A DNA stretch of 63,427 nucleotides from Hydrurus foetidus (taxonomy: Eukaryota): the NCBI GenBank assembly GCA_900617105.1, contig UYFQ01000438.1, positions 1 through 63,427 on the forward strand, in the 5' to 3' direction. Below, in pieces: positions 26,072 to 38,546 of this stretch (its first letter is position 1; every line of letters begins with the position of its first letter). Both the position numbers and the translations under genes were made by a program. Below the pieces are notes generated by a model that worked only from the letters and a program-made list of their open reading frames with translations, made no database searches and was not told the DNA's origin.

Positions 26072-28998
26072 ATGAAAAGAACTAGCGTTAAAGTTTGCAT
26101 CCGGACGAGACCAACTCAATACTTCGCCCAGGATAACATCGCGATTGATGTGGAACATGGAACTATTCAGATAAACAACGATCGCGGAGACGAAATTGTC
26201 ACCGCCGGAGGACCAAATAATAAGCAGAATCTCTTCAAATTTCGATTTGATCATGTTTTCCACAACGCATCACAAACTGCTGTATATGATCTATTCGCGC
26301 GCGACACTGTCCAAGGTGTTGTTCATGGCGTAAATGGTGCGATCATGTCGTATGGCCAGACGGGTAGCGGGAAGAGCTTCACGGTAATCATCGTGCAAAT
26401 TCAAAGTATGCTTGACCGCACCTTTTCATGACTGGTATTCATCCTTGATATTATCAATGCAGATGACAGGCGACACTCAAAATTACGAACACAGGGGTGT
26501 TGCACCCAGATCAATCAGTCAAATATTTAGCGAAGTAAATTCAAGGATTGAATTTGATTTCCGAGTCTCCTGCACATACTGTGAGATTTATAATGAGAAG
26601 TTTTTCGATTTGATGGCCGATCTATCTAATCCTGACCAAGCAGCTGATTTCACAGTTGCAGAGGAGAAGGATGGCAGAGGCACATTTGTGAGAGGTCTAT
26701 CAGAAGTTATCGTTAAAAATGAAACGGAAGCGTTAAATTTGCTCTTTAGTGGGGAATTGGCTCGGACTACTGCTACACACAAATTAAATCGAAAGTCCAA
26801 CAGATCACACTCAATATTCACGATATATCTACAACAAAGATTGAGATCTGGAGTCAGTGAGCGAGTAGTGCATTCTAAGCTTCATTTAGTCGATTTGGCA
26901 GGATCAGAGAGACTGAAAAAAACACTCGATTTAGCTGACGGATCTCTAGGCGATGAAGTAACCAGAAAAGAGAGTATGCAGATAAATCAATCATTGACAT
27001 ATTTGGAGCAGTGTGTAGTAGCATTGTCGAAAAAAGGATCGACTCACATTCCGTACAGACAGAGTAAACTCACGAATGTTCTTAAGGATTGTCTAGGAGC
27101 GAATTGCAACACTCTTATGCTTGCATGCATTTGGGGAGAATCAACGCATCTTGAAGAAACAGTTTCAACACTACGTCTGGCTTCTAGAATGATGCACGTG
27201 CAGAATGAAACCGTCATAGTCGAGACGATTGATTCCTCAGCTCTGATTAAGAAGCAAGGGAAATTGATTAAAGCTTTGAAACAAGAATTACTAATGCATG
27301 ACGCACTGGTGGAACGTACAGGTGTCACGTACGAACTGTACACACCGGAGCAACAAACGAATGTCTCCCATATGTTAGAGCGGTATGTCGCGAGTAATGA
27401 GGCTGGAGAAGAGGACGTTCTTAACATAAACAATTACAGACAAATGATTGAGATGTGCAAGCAATTTAAGAAAATGATCATTGATGCAAGAAGTGATGCA
27501 GCTGCCGCTAGGGATGACGTCATCACCGGAATGTCATCATTTCCAGAAGATCGGATATATGAGGGGGACTACTCGACCACTGACGCACTTGACAGTAGAA
27601 TTGAGAAGGAATTTGACCCAAAGTCCCCCTATGTTGGTGAGTCAATTAAAGGCAGAGGAGGATTCTCTTTGGGCAATTCTAATCAAGATAGTCGACCACT
27701 GAATGGAGTTGAGGGTGTTGCGAGGTTTGCCGTGAGATCGCCTGGCGCGCCTTCTATGATGGCTACATCTGATCGGAATAGTTCTAGAAATAAAGCTAGT
27801 AGTGGTCGAAGTAGTGCAGGAGGGAGTACTCTAGATATGAAATCCATTCTAAATCAGTTGAATGCTACAGGGTCATTGGGCAACACTATGGAGGCTTATG
27901 TCTCATCAGCTGGTGGCAGTCTGTATGAGAACTTCAAGTTGCTGAAAGCCGAAACGAAGGAGTGCAAGAGTAGAACAAGGGAGTGTACTGCAAGTGTCAA
28001 TGATGCGAAGTTCGACATTGACAGACTACAGGTAAATAAGAGTGAATATGATCGCGACTGCGATTGTACATGTGCCACTCAATGTCGTGCTAACAAGTGC
28101 CGCATCATCGTGTATGTCACTTAACTATGACTATTCTCATGTACATGTACATGTGTGTGGGTACATTTTCTCTATATGCAATCTGAAGTGCGTATGTACA
28201 CGCCAGAATATTCTCATGCACCCGTACGTTCATTCATGTAGTCTGAGCTTGAAGTGCGTAAAGCGTCTCGCATCGACATGCTGCGAAGAACCGGTCTAAA
28301 GGCGTCAGAAACAGAAGACATAGTGGACGAGGAAGAATTCCGATTGATGAAAGAATTGAGAGAGGCAAAGAGGTCATACAAGAATCGCTTTGAGCAGCTA
28401 CAGAAACACAGAGTGGCTCTTTCTCAGTCTATGTCGTCACTGGACCATGTCAAGATGCAGCTGGCTACTAGTTGCTATGAGTGGGGAGGGGGGCGGACAA
28501 CGGACAGTCCATTCAATCAGACGGGATTAAACACTTTTGCTTCGACATATCCGGGTAAGATCGTCTCACCCTTCATGTCCGTACTATTTGATTGATGCCG
28601 ATTTGTATTTCTTCAGAGTGTGGCGTTATACCGCGGTAGTACTTTATTAACGTGATAAAAGAGTAGTAGTGATGAAATGGCCGAATTGAACCGTTTAACA
28701 TGCATCACAATTCAAATACAACAGGTTATCGTATCGTAAATTACAAACTCCACACCATTAATAACCACTTTTCTCATTACTGCTAGGTACTCGACACATG
28801 GCCATGGCATCACACGGATCTGATCATGAAGTGGACTCGCTGGACGACCAAGAGGCGTTCGACAGAATGGAAGGAGAAAGAGTCATGGCAAACGATCCTG
28901 AGAGTCTGGCATTTTTTCATGCACAAAAAACAAAGGCAGCGCACCGGACTCAGAACTCAAATTCCATACGTCAGATGCAGAGAAATAAGAGAATGTGA
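26072..28998 (+). CDS. KIF9: Kinesin-9 family motor, KIF9/KLP1-like
   Basis: YGQTGSGKSFT, NRKSNRSH, LVDLAGSER and HIPYRQSKLT. KIF9-like tail motifs ELLMHDALVERT and DPESLAFFHAQ. Four exons. Confidence 0.88.
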
Positions 28999-29386
28999 TC
29001 GTGATATTAGTCGTGTGTTAATGGTCTACTACATTGTGTATTTGAGTTTTTGTTGATGTATTTCTGTCGCATGATACGATGAGTCAGAATGTGATGAGGC
29101 TCATAATTCTCATTTTTACATATCTTACTGACTTTACATGAAATTCCATTTCGTTTCATATCATTTCTCTTCCTTTTATTTTCTGTCTATTCAATTGCAC
29201 GATCTGTTCATGGCAATTGCCGCTGTCTTTATCACTTATGAATGTAAGATATAACTGAGTATGCGATGAAATCGCTTAGATCAAAGAAATAGATGTGCTT
29301 AATTACCTCTAGGGAAAAGAGAAAAGTAATGCAGCGCTACCCTAAGTGCGTGAATCACTCATCATGCTGGATGAAAATTGGCGAAA

Positions 29387-30974
29387 TTAGACAATTCCAG
29401 GGATGATTTTATACGGCACTAGCTTGCAGTAAGCTGTCCAGCTGTCTTTGTATTTATCTCCACATCTCGCATCATCTCTCCACGCTCTGTCCAAAAGAAG
29501 CAGTGTGAGATATACCGGATAGAAGTACGCCACCGGATGGGAGAACATCGCTGGTACGCACCAAAACACTGATGCGAGGATTTCAGGCACGTAGTGAAAA
29601 TGTCTGTGAAATGGTATAGGAGTAGAAAAATAGTCTTTGTGAGAAATATGAGAGTGATTTGATACACTCGTATTGATATAGAAAACAATTAAAATCATAA
29701 AAATCATAGAAAACAACAGAAAAATAAATAAATAAAAAACAGTTGGGAATACCTGGCAATTCCCCACCATCCACTGGCAAGTAACAAAGAAGAGCGTTCC
29801 TCGCCATCTTTTGTCTTATAGCTTGCATCAATATATAGTGGTGGCTTGCCCCAAATTTTCAATTTTCCTCCACTTGAACGGAAGTCTTGTCTTTGCCTAT
29901 TGAAATGTTGAAATAGCAGCAAATATAATCCATAATCATCACATTGCAGTTGATCCATTTCCATAAGAATTGCTTTAAGTGTCACCTGTCAGCATCATAA
30001 TTGCTCCAGACGCATAACATTCCGCACATGAGAATGAAGAGAGACATAGGAACGGAAAGCATGACCGGGTGCTTCACCATAAAGAAAGTGTGCATTGTAT
30101 ATACAGACGGTACCCACATCATGCAACCCCAGCAAATATAATACCCTGCTCTGTCGTGCTGAATATCCATGGAACAGAAGTATCCGGTTTCCCACCAGAA
30201 GAATTTTGCGATATAAACACTTTGCAGTAAAACAGAAACAATCATAGAACTGCTCACAACGCCATTCAAGTCATCGTACTGCTTAAACGCATAGCAGATT
30301 AATCCAACTTGCCAAAACATCATTCCGAATCTGCAGTTGGTGAACTGCTTCACATCCCATCCAAGAATACGTGGATACAGTTCAGTTCCCCAAAAGAAAT
30401 CTATGATGAAGTTTCCATTGGAGCCTGAATCTTTTGTTGAGGGAAAGTTGAGCCCCTTAAAAGTGAGCATTACACAGAATGCGATCGCGAAGAGATTCAT
30501 CGATGATAGCAGTTTCCCCATGTTATCATAGACATCACCAGGTTTCATGATATCAAAGTAAGCAAGAGCAAAAACAGATATGATTGTGATGACATAGCAC
30601 TGGACACCGTTTGCATTGTAAATTGGCACGTGACCGCTTGCGGTTGGTGTAGCTTTAAAAACTTTTCCTGGAACGAAGCGCATTAGAAACAGCTCGAAAG
30701 CCATGTAGTAAGCGATGATTTTTATCGCATAAGGGTCGAATGGCGTTGGCCATACGTGTGATAGAAAGTATATTGGCCCTTTCGAAACAATTTCGTTGCC
30801 AACACTAGAAAATGATCCACCATGTTCAGCACAGGTATACCACAACGTGAGCACAAAAATGGGGGTTATTAACATGAGCATTAAAGATCCAAGTGCGCGG
30901 TTTCCAAAGAGACCTCCTGAGCCCCAGGAAGTCTTTTCCTCATCCATTTTCGACTCTGCGGCCACAGCAGACAT
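29387..30974 (-). CDS. DHCR7: 7-dehydrocholesterol (sterol delta-7) reductase, DWF5-like
   Basis: FFWGTELYPRI, KQFTNCRFGMM, MDIQHDRAGYYICWGC, LLASGWWGIARHFHY and RDDARCGDKY. Three exons. Confidence 0.93.
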
Positions 30975-31079
30975 TGCAGCTGCTTCAGTAGGCTGTTTAG
31001 CGTAGGTAAAGAATATGCGCTGTCCCAAATTTGCTTTCAGCACTGTCGAAAATGGTGTAGCAGATTATAACCGACCGAA

Positions 31080-32848
31080 CAAGGGGGTATTAAAAGAAGA
31101 GGGGGCACTTTGAGGCCTCTGGGTCCCATACCATTTTCTCACATGGCGCACACTCAAAAATATTTTTTTTGAAATACCCTGATCTGGATATTGCATCTAA
31201 TTTTCGGTTTCGCTTTGGATCATGTGGATCGTACTCACCGCATGCACCAGCTGATAGCAACAACTCAAACTCAGGAAGCTTCACCATTCTACAGCGGCTT
31301 TTAAAGATGAGGAATTTGACTATGGCTGTTTTCTCGGAAGTGGATGGAATTCTCAGATGCACGATTCAAAATCTCTTCGAGTGTATACCTTTTTACTACC
31401 AACGAAGAAGTGTATTCTTGTCATTTTTCAAAAGTTGCATGTCTGATCTTGATTCCAGCACCTCAATAATCAATCTTCTTTTCGATTTGAGTACTTCTTA
31501 TCTTGGATCGTACAGCAAGTTAGTCACCGGCACTGATGGTTCAATAGAAAAACGTCAGAGAGCTGGAAGATGATGATTCAGGCGTACGAGTCTGAAAGGG
31601 TAATTCTGAGGGACGTGTTCAGACTAAAGTTCGCGTCACTCTCCTGCATTAGAAAACATTTCGATGTTGCAGTCGACATTGACGACGATACTTGTGAGGA
31701 GAGCAATCTTTTATTCGGATATTTGGAGCTGAACTTATCGGACAACTTTTGGAGATGGGTTCAACTAGAAAAAAAGCAGCACTGGTCTGATTTCATCAAA
31801 GAGAGAGACAATGATACATCATTTATTTATTCAGCAGCAATGGAGGACAAAATCTATGACATTACTGGCTATTTATGCGGTCACAGAGTCTCCAACCTTC
31901 TCAAATATAATAAGTTGAGGAGTGACTACAGAGACACTTTCCTTCAATTCCATACTCAATCTCGTCATGATTCGGGTTCTACTGCAGTAGAAAAGGGTTT
32001 GCCTGCACGGTACCTTCTATTTCGACAGCACTCGGAAGGTTTATATTTTTCCCGTCTTGAGAATTATAACTTTATAAAAGTTATTCAGACCATATTCATG
32101 CAGTCTTTAACGACTGACGTCTTGATACTCTTCAATTCCATTGAACCTGTAAAAAAAGTGAAAGAAATTATATTGAATTCTATCAATGTACAAAATGCAT
32201 TCAAAAAGTCATGTTTAACTCTCCAACACTGTTTCACTGAAGGTCAAATCGATTTCTCGAATTGAAGGTCGAGACAAACTTTGAAAGTTCTCAACAGCAC
32301 GGTCCCATCGATAATTCCGATGTCCATTTCTCTGGAAGATGGCAAGGCACAGTGTTAGCAGAGTTGAGATCAAAATGAGGACAGCATGAAAATATAGCTT
32401 CATGTCTCACTGGCAAAATGAAATGAACCGTGCACTAAGGCGGTCCAATTTCATTTTTAGGGCTAATAAAGCAGATTAGTGATGGTTAGTGCACGACGAC
32501 TACGAATCATGGGACTCAACAGACGATGCTACTAAAAATTTACAGGGATCAGTGGAGACAAAAATTATATTCAACTGGCGTCTGTTCTAGAGTTTGCTTA
32601 CATCGGATTGCAGAGCTTTGAGACGAGAAGACAAAAAAGTTCCTTTGATCTCAGGGCGTGCAGAGCAGTGTTCAGAATCTAAGCTACTCTGACTTGTGTT
32701 TGACGCCCTTATCAAGGGTTATCAGCCCAGTTTCAAAATAGATGCAATTTCCAGATCAGGGTATTTCGAAGTTGAGTGAGATTCATGTGAGAAAATGGTA
32801 TGGGACCCAGAGGCCTCAAAGTGCCCCCTCTCCTTCAATACCCCCTTG
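31080..32848 (+). mobile_element. Non-autonomous TIR DNA transposon, probably P superfamily (1769 bp)
   Basis: About 65-77-bp imperfect TIRs starting CAAGGGGGTATT. Exact 7-bp TSD GACCGAA at 31073-31079 and 32849-32855. Confidence 0.85.
31169..32265 (+). pseudogene. Disrupted ORFs inside the TIR element; possible P/THAP9 transposase C-terminal remnant
   Basis: KIYDITGYLCGHRV and RQHSEGLYFSRLENYNFIKVIQTIF resemble the P-transposase C-terminal 'LYYIAGY...RGGLxYPS' motifs. No DDE core seen. Confidence 0.45.
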
Positions 32849-34354
32849 GACCGAAGGTCGGTGTATTTAGACCGTACATGTGTACGTACAAATATTTTGA
32901 TGGATCATCTCTACAGGCGGGGCTCCAAATCGACGAGGTAATTACATGCTCGACAGGTGGTTTCATTACACCAACTATTCACAAAATTTCGACGTTGTTG
33001 GACATCCTAGGTAGGTTGAGCAACTTCTTTGCATCCCGATAGTTGTGCATCTCTGAAAACTAGCAAAATTGAAGATAGCGATTTCCTGTAATCTGTGTTT
33101 CTGAAAATTCATTTTTTGCAGAATGCCTCTCAAGAAGCGTGGTTTGCATGGCTTGACGAGTCCTCTATCAGCCAGTGGTCATTGAATAGTTGCTCATCAG
33201 GTACGAATGCAAAGTTTCGTCGCTGCAAAATTTTCAACTCATTATTCTATGGTCGAGAAATGACCAGTTTACGATGCATGCACTGAAAAATCGCCCTGCA
33301 TATACTCTAAAACAGCTAATAGCTTCGTTCAAAATGAAATCTGACCTCGCCCGTCATCCTGAAATACATTTATTACTGTAGAAGCAGATTTTCGATGCTA
33401 GCCGAGCTGTGATGCTCTCTTCAGCTTCGGAGAGAATTGGTCTTCGAGCACATCAGGTGAGAAAGTCCTCGGCAAATTTGATATTGAACTCATTTCAACT
33501 CGGATTTTACTTCTGAAAATGGATCCAATCTTCAAATATGTCTGACAATGCAGGGTGGAAATTGTGGAGCAATCGGAGCTGCATCACAGGACTCAGTCGC
33601 GGAGAACAGAGTTATATAATAGATTTTACACGTAAATACGCTTGTTTTTTACAAACTTCAGCGACATCCAAGAATGTTGAAACTAATTGTACATATAGGA
33701 CTATATTCTTGTTTTTTCTAAATTGAAATAGGGTTCAGAATTTTCCAATTACTCGGGCAATTAGATTTTCGCAAAATACACTCTGTAAGAAGTATTCTAG
33801 GGGATCAGTTGCGGTGATTTTTTGTATCTTCCGCAAATGATCACGATTTCTCAAAAATAATTCTCATCTCTAAATAGAAACAGGAGGGCGCAAGCAATCA
33901 CAAATCCAATTAAACACGTTGCGAGAAGATTCGTCATTAAACTTACTCAGCAGGAAGCATCCGCCTCAAAGCCTACGGCAGTTACGGTCGGTTCGTTATG
34001 CACAGCATACACCAATTTATTACTGCACAGAAAAGAACGAAGAATCACTCGATTCTCCTATACTGCACCACCTGACCGTAAATACCGTTGGTTTTATTAA
34101 GATCCGGTATAGAAAGGGATGACGTTTGGCTACTTTTCGTTTTTCAAGAATCCGTTATTCTCAGTTGTAGAAAATGAAAAAATCGCTGAATCTTTCACTC
34201 CATGATGTGGGTGAAGTCAAGTGCACACTCGCACGAAGTGTGTTGCACGTTACCTCTGTGAAGAGTGAAGTATAGGACGTCATCATCCTCCTGCATAAAT
34301 TTGGTTGAGACTCGATAGCCTATTTCTCAAGCCCAAAAGAAGCAATTTTTTGAG

Positions 34355-36221
34355 ATGTTTCAATCAATGCAGAGACGAAATGCCCGCATCGCTCAGGTTC
34401 AAGTGACGCGTTGGCAGCAACGAGTTTGTTTTTCCAGCGAACCCGAGGTGGAAATTCAGAGATCACCTGCTGCTCCTGGCTCAGGCGCCTCCAGGGCGCT
34501 GCCAACGGAGAAATTCTTTGCGGAATCAGACCCCATGCCAGGTTTCAATGACTGATGTTGAAGTTGAATCAAATTCCCTTCCATTGTAGTAAAGTCGTCG
34601 CTATGTTCAGTTTCATTCGAGGATGTTAGCCGCGCAATGTACCGCATTCGAGATGGCATTAAGAGGACGGTAAGATCCTGAGATTGCTACTACTGTTGTT
34701 GTCAAATCCGTTTCTCATATTATCTTGCTTTTTGACAGCACTGTAGTGAGTCTCGGCTGTTGACCGAGCTCTGTGGTTGCACTGTGTACCTGAAGAAAGA
34801 CTTCAAGCAGCTTACTGGGAGTTTCAAAGAAAGAGGTGGTAGAAATGCCCTGATGCTTCTTTCCAGTGAAGCAAGGCAAACAGGCGTAATCACTGCATCA
34901 GCTGGCAACCATGCTCTGGCACTGGCATGGCACGGAAAAGATCTTGGCATTCCTGTTACATGCGTAATGCCTACCGTAGCACCCCTTACAAAAGTCGAAA
35001 ATTGCAGAAAGTACGGGGCAAACGTAATCCTGAAGGGCGCACATATTGGAGAGGCGAAAGAGTATGCTCAGAAGGAGTACCCCGAAATGAAATACATCAA
35101 CGGATACGACGACCCAGAAATTATTGCAGGCGCGGGAACAATGGGTATTGAAATATTAGAGCAGGTTCCAGATGTTGATGTTGTTTTGGTGCCTGTAGGA
35201 GGGGCTGGACTGATTGCAGGTTGGTTTTGCATATCTTTGTTTTGACATATTTTTGTTTTGAGCACAGGGTTTCTGATAACTTTTTATTCAATTTCGTTTA
35301 TAGGAGTATCCCTGGCAATTAAGACCATGCACTCTCGCGTGGAAGTTATTGGCGTTGAGCCCGAGAATGTCGCATCATACGCTGCTGCTATCAAGGCTGG
35401 TCACCCAGTGAACGGCTTCAAGGAGGCGACACTAGCTGACGGTCTTGCCGTGCCAATTGTAGGTTAGATATATGCAATACCTCTTACTAAGACAATCGTC
35501 ATTTTTAAGTGGAAGTACGAGGACATAAGTGCTAATATCTGGACGAATAATTGTGTACTGTTTCATCAATTATTAGGACCCACATCTTTCCACGTGGCGA
35601 GAAAGCATGTGGACTACTCCTGTGAGGTATCCGAGAAAATGATCGCTATTGCCGTGCTGCGCCTTATCGAGCTTGAGAAACTTGTGGTGGAAGGAGGAGG
35701 AGCAGCAGCCCTTGCGGCAATTTTACCCGGAGGTCCGTTATACGGTAAATTCACGGGGAAGAAAGTTGTTGTCCCACTGTGTGGTGGTAACATCGACACA
35801 ACCGTGCTTGGCAGAGTGATTGACCGTGGGCTGGCAGCGGACAGAAGACTTGTCAGATTTTCCGCGACTGTTTCTGATCGCCCGGGCGGCATCGCTACAC
35901 TGGCTCGTGACATGGCCGACATGGGAGTGTCTGTAAAAGTAAGCCTCAAATCAGAAACATGCATTAAGAATATTCCTTCAAGAATGTTCTTCCAAGTGTC
36001 AATGGAGAGAGGGACTGTAGATTCATTCAGTAACTCTTAACCCTTCAATTTATTCATATTGATTATGACAGGATATCTATCACGAACGCGCCTGGTTGCA
36101 TTCACGTGTGGATCAAGTGATGGTGAAGTGCGTCGTTGAAACCACTGGCCAGGAACATTCCGAGAGGATGTTGAAGTACCTCGAGGACAGAGGATACCCT
36201 CTCATCAGAGACAGCGTGTAA
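34355..36221 (+). CDS. Threonine/serine dehydratase (PLP) with C-terminal ACT domain
   Basis: LTGSFKERG, TASAGNHA, VPVGGAGLIAG, TLADGLAVP, LCGGNID and DRPGGIA. About six exons; mitochondrial-like N-terminus. Confidence 0.93.
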
Positions 36222-36535
36222 AAACAGCCGTTACACATTCTCTCGAATCACTCAGTCCCCATAGGGAATCAACGTGCCAGTATTCGTCCACAGAGGTGTG
36301 GCGAGTTAATTGATTGTACTTGGTTCAGTTTACGATTCTTTGCTGCTCCCTGGTACTCTTATAGGCGGTGATTGCTGACGGCTTCGAGCGGGCATATTCG
36401 TAGCATCTGCATCCACTTTGCTGCCTGCTAAATCTGAATACTTTTGCAGCATTTCATCGCGACACTTTTTTATAGCGTGTTGATTAGAAGAGTAAAATAC
36501 ATTTCAAGTGACGTTCAACACTATTTGTTATTAAT

Positions 36536-37532
36536 TTATTTTTTCGGCTTTTGAACTTTTGTCGTCTTTTTCTTCGTTCCCTTTTTAGCCGTGCGTGTTC
36601 TATTCGTGACAGTTGATATTTTCGGCGCTTTCATTTTGGTGCCGACTTCATCATTTTCCAGATGATCGTTGTCATCATCATTTCCGCGTTTTTTGGTCTT
36701 CTTCGGGACGTCATCGTCCTCATCATCATCCTGGTTGTCATCATATGAGGCCATCGAGCCAGAATATAGTCCCATCATGGATCCTAACAAATCTCTCTCA
36801 AATGTTAGTTGACAGTATTCATTAGTAAGGACCTCTACTCTTGCTGTTTGTTGAGAGGAACTACTGCTTGCAGGCATTCCCACAGGAGCTGCCAAATTTA
36901 GAAGCATCACTGTAGGCCCAGAATATATTTCACCTTTGTACTGCCGCCCTACCGTCAAAAATTCATTTCGATAAGATGTTTTACAGCTGACAGTTATGCA
37001 AAAGACGATTACCTTTTACGTCCACTAGAAGAGAAAATGAATCAACAGAAATTCTCCCGACCGCCCCTGAGTCGCCAGCGATATTAAACTCATGGTCGTC
37101 TACCTCACAAAGAAGTATTTTGCGGTCCCACGCATTGTTCTTTATGATAATGGGAATACTCGATGCGTTTCCAATTTGCTCTTTTGGAAAATCGTCGCTT
37201 TTCTCCATGGATTTCTTCTTCACTGATGCATCATCGACACGATTATTCACTTTCTCATCGTCCTCGGCGACCGAAAAATCAAGTGCTTTCCATGCATGCT
37301 CAATGTCCGCAATTCGAGTATCAGTAGGCCATCCGAAACTGTCGCGTAACCCACTTGCTACTTCTGCAGCGCTCTCACAGCCATTGTCATTCTTCATCAG
37401 ACTGCAATATCCACTTAATTCATCGGACGACAACTTGGAGAAATTTCTCACTTTTCCGAGGACATTAAGTGTCTTATGATGAGATGCTGTGCATCGATAT
37501 TGGTAACGTGATGGTGATGTCTCTTGAGACAT
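36536..37532 (-). CDS. BIN4/MIDGET-like protein (plant topoisomerase VI accessory subunit family)
   Basis: Two exons. LLCEVDDHEFNIAGDSGAVGRI...VDVKGRQYKGEI...ARVEVLTNEYCQL resembles the BIN4 C-terminal domain as recalled (DLSGDMGAVGR...LDLKGTIYK...AKIEAIMNDFIQL). Acidic then Lys-rich tail. Confidence 0.7.
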
Positions 37533-37767
37533 CTTGGATCTCAACTATTCCAGAAAGAATTGCTCTTGTGCGCAGGCTGATTTCGACCAGGGTGAGCTAA
37601 TCCGAACTCCTCGCCTTCGCTACGGTTTCCCTCAAGAAGTCTGCCAATCGGATGGGTCATAACACTTCCACTTTCACCCTTCACAAGATGATGCGCGCAT
37701 TCAAAAGTATTTTTGAAAAAATTATTATTGTGGTGGGGCAGCTCGTCGAGCTACCGTATGGGGGATT

Positions 37768-37980
37768 AAAGTTCGTCACTTTTGTATACGGTATACATAA
37801 TATATGATTCTTCGGGACGCATTCGATAACAAGGACGCAGGCATGCCTATACGGTTTAGTAAAGTTCGTCACTTTTGTATACGGTATACATAATATATGA
37901 TTCTTCGGGACGCATTCGATAACAAGGACGCAGGCATGCGTATACGGTTTAGTAAAGTTCGTTACTTTCGTATACGGTAT
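37768..37980. repeat. 93-bp tandem repeat, about 2.3 copies
   Basis: Units start at 37768, 37861 and 37954. Confidence 0.95.
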
Positions 37981-38243
37981 TCGAATCCAAATATGGAGTC
38001 GGGACCAGGCGTGTATAAACAGTTAATGTACATTTAATTGGGCCCAATAATTTGAAAACATTTAATTATACACTTCACTTATTGCTGACAGTACACTTAA
38101 TACTTAATGTACATTTAAATGTTACATTTAAATACACTTAAGTGTCACATTATAAATATTAAATGTGCATTTAAGTGTACCATTTTAAATGCACATTTAT
38201 AATGTTGCATTTAAATTTGACACTTCTTCTCACACTGTCGGAA

Positions 38244-38318
38244 ACAGCTGTTGCCCGAGTGGTCGGGCCGCGGTTGCCTGCACCCACCTTTCACAACAGA
38301 AGTGGGTTCGATTCCCCC
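38244..38318 (+). other. tRNA-derived sequence with Pol III A and B boxes (pseudo-tRNA or SINE head)
   Basis: TTGCCCGAGTGGTCGGGC (A box, intact D-stem) and GGTTCGATTCC (B box). No acceptor stem and no canonical anticodon loop. Confidence 0.6.
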
Positions 38319-38546
38319 AAACCTAGTGCGTTATGGGGTCGAGTAGACTACACCAATCCTTCGGGAGGAATAAAAAGTCTCGGAATCGGATCATAAGGGA
38401 CAAGCAGAAGGAGATCTGATATAGTGCGTAGTACGGAGTCATACAGTATGGTCTAGCAAGGAGAGTTTCTGCCTCCAAAGCTTCCAGCTGAGAGCTGTAC
38501 GGAATAGTATCACACCTCAACAAAGTGTACCACCTGAACAAATAGA

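Noticed and set aside
32856..34300. Possible TE remnant or gene, and likewise 48240-49100
   Set aside because: No TIRs, TSDs or recognisable protein found.
38244..38318. Functional tRNA gene
   Set aside because: No acceptor stem, a mismatched T-stem and no canonical anticodon loop.
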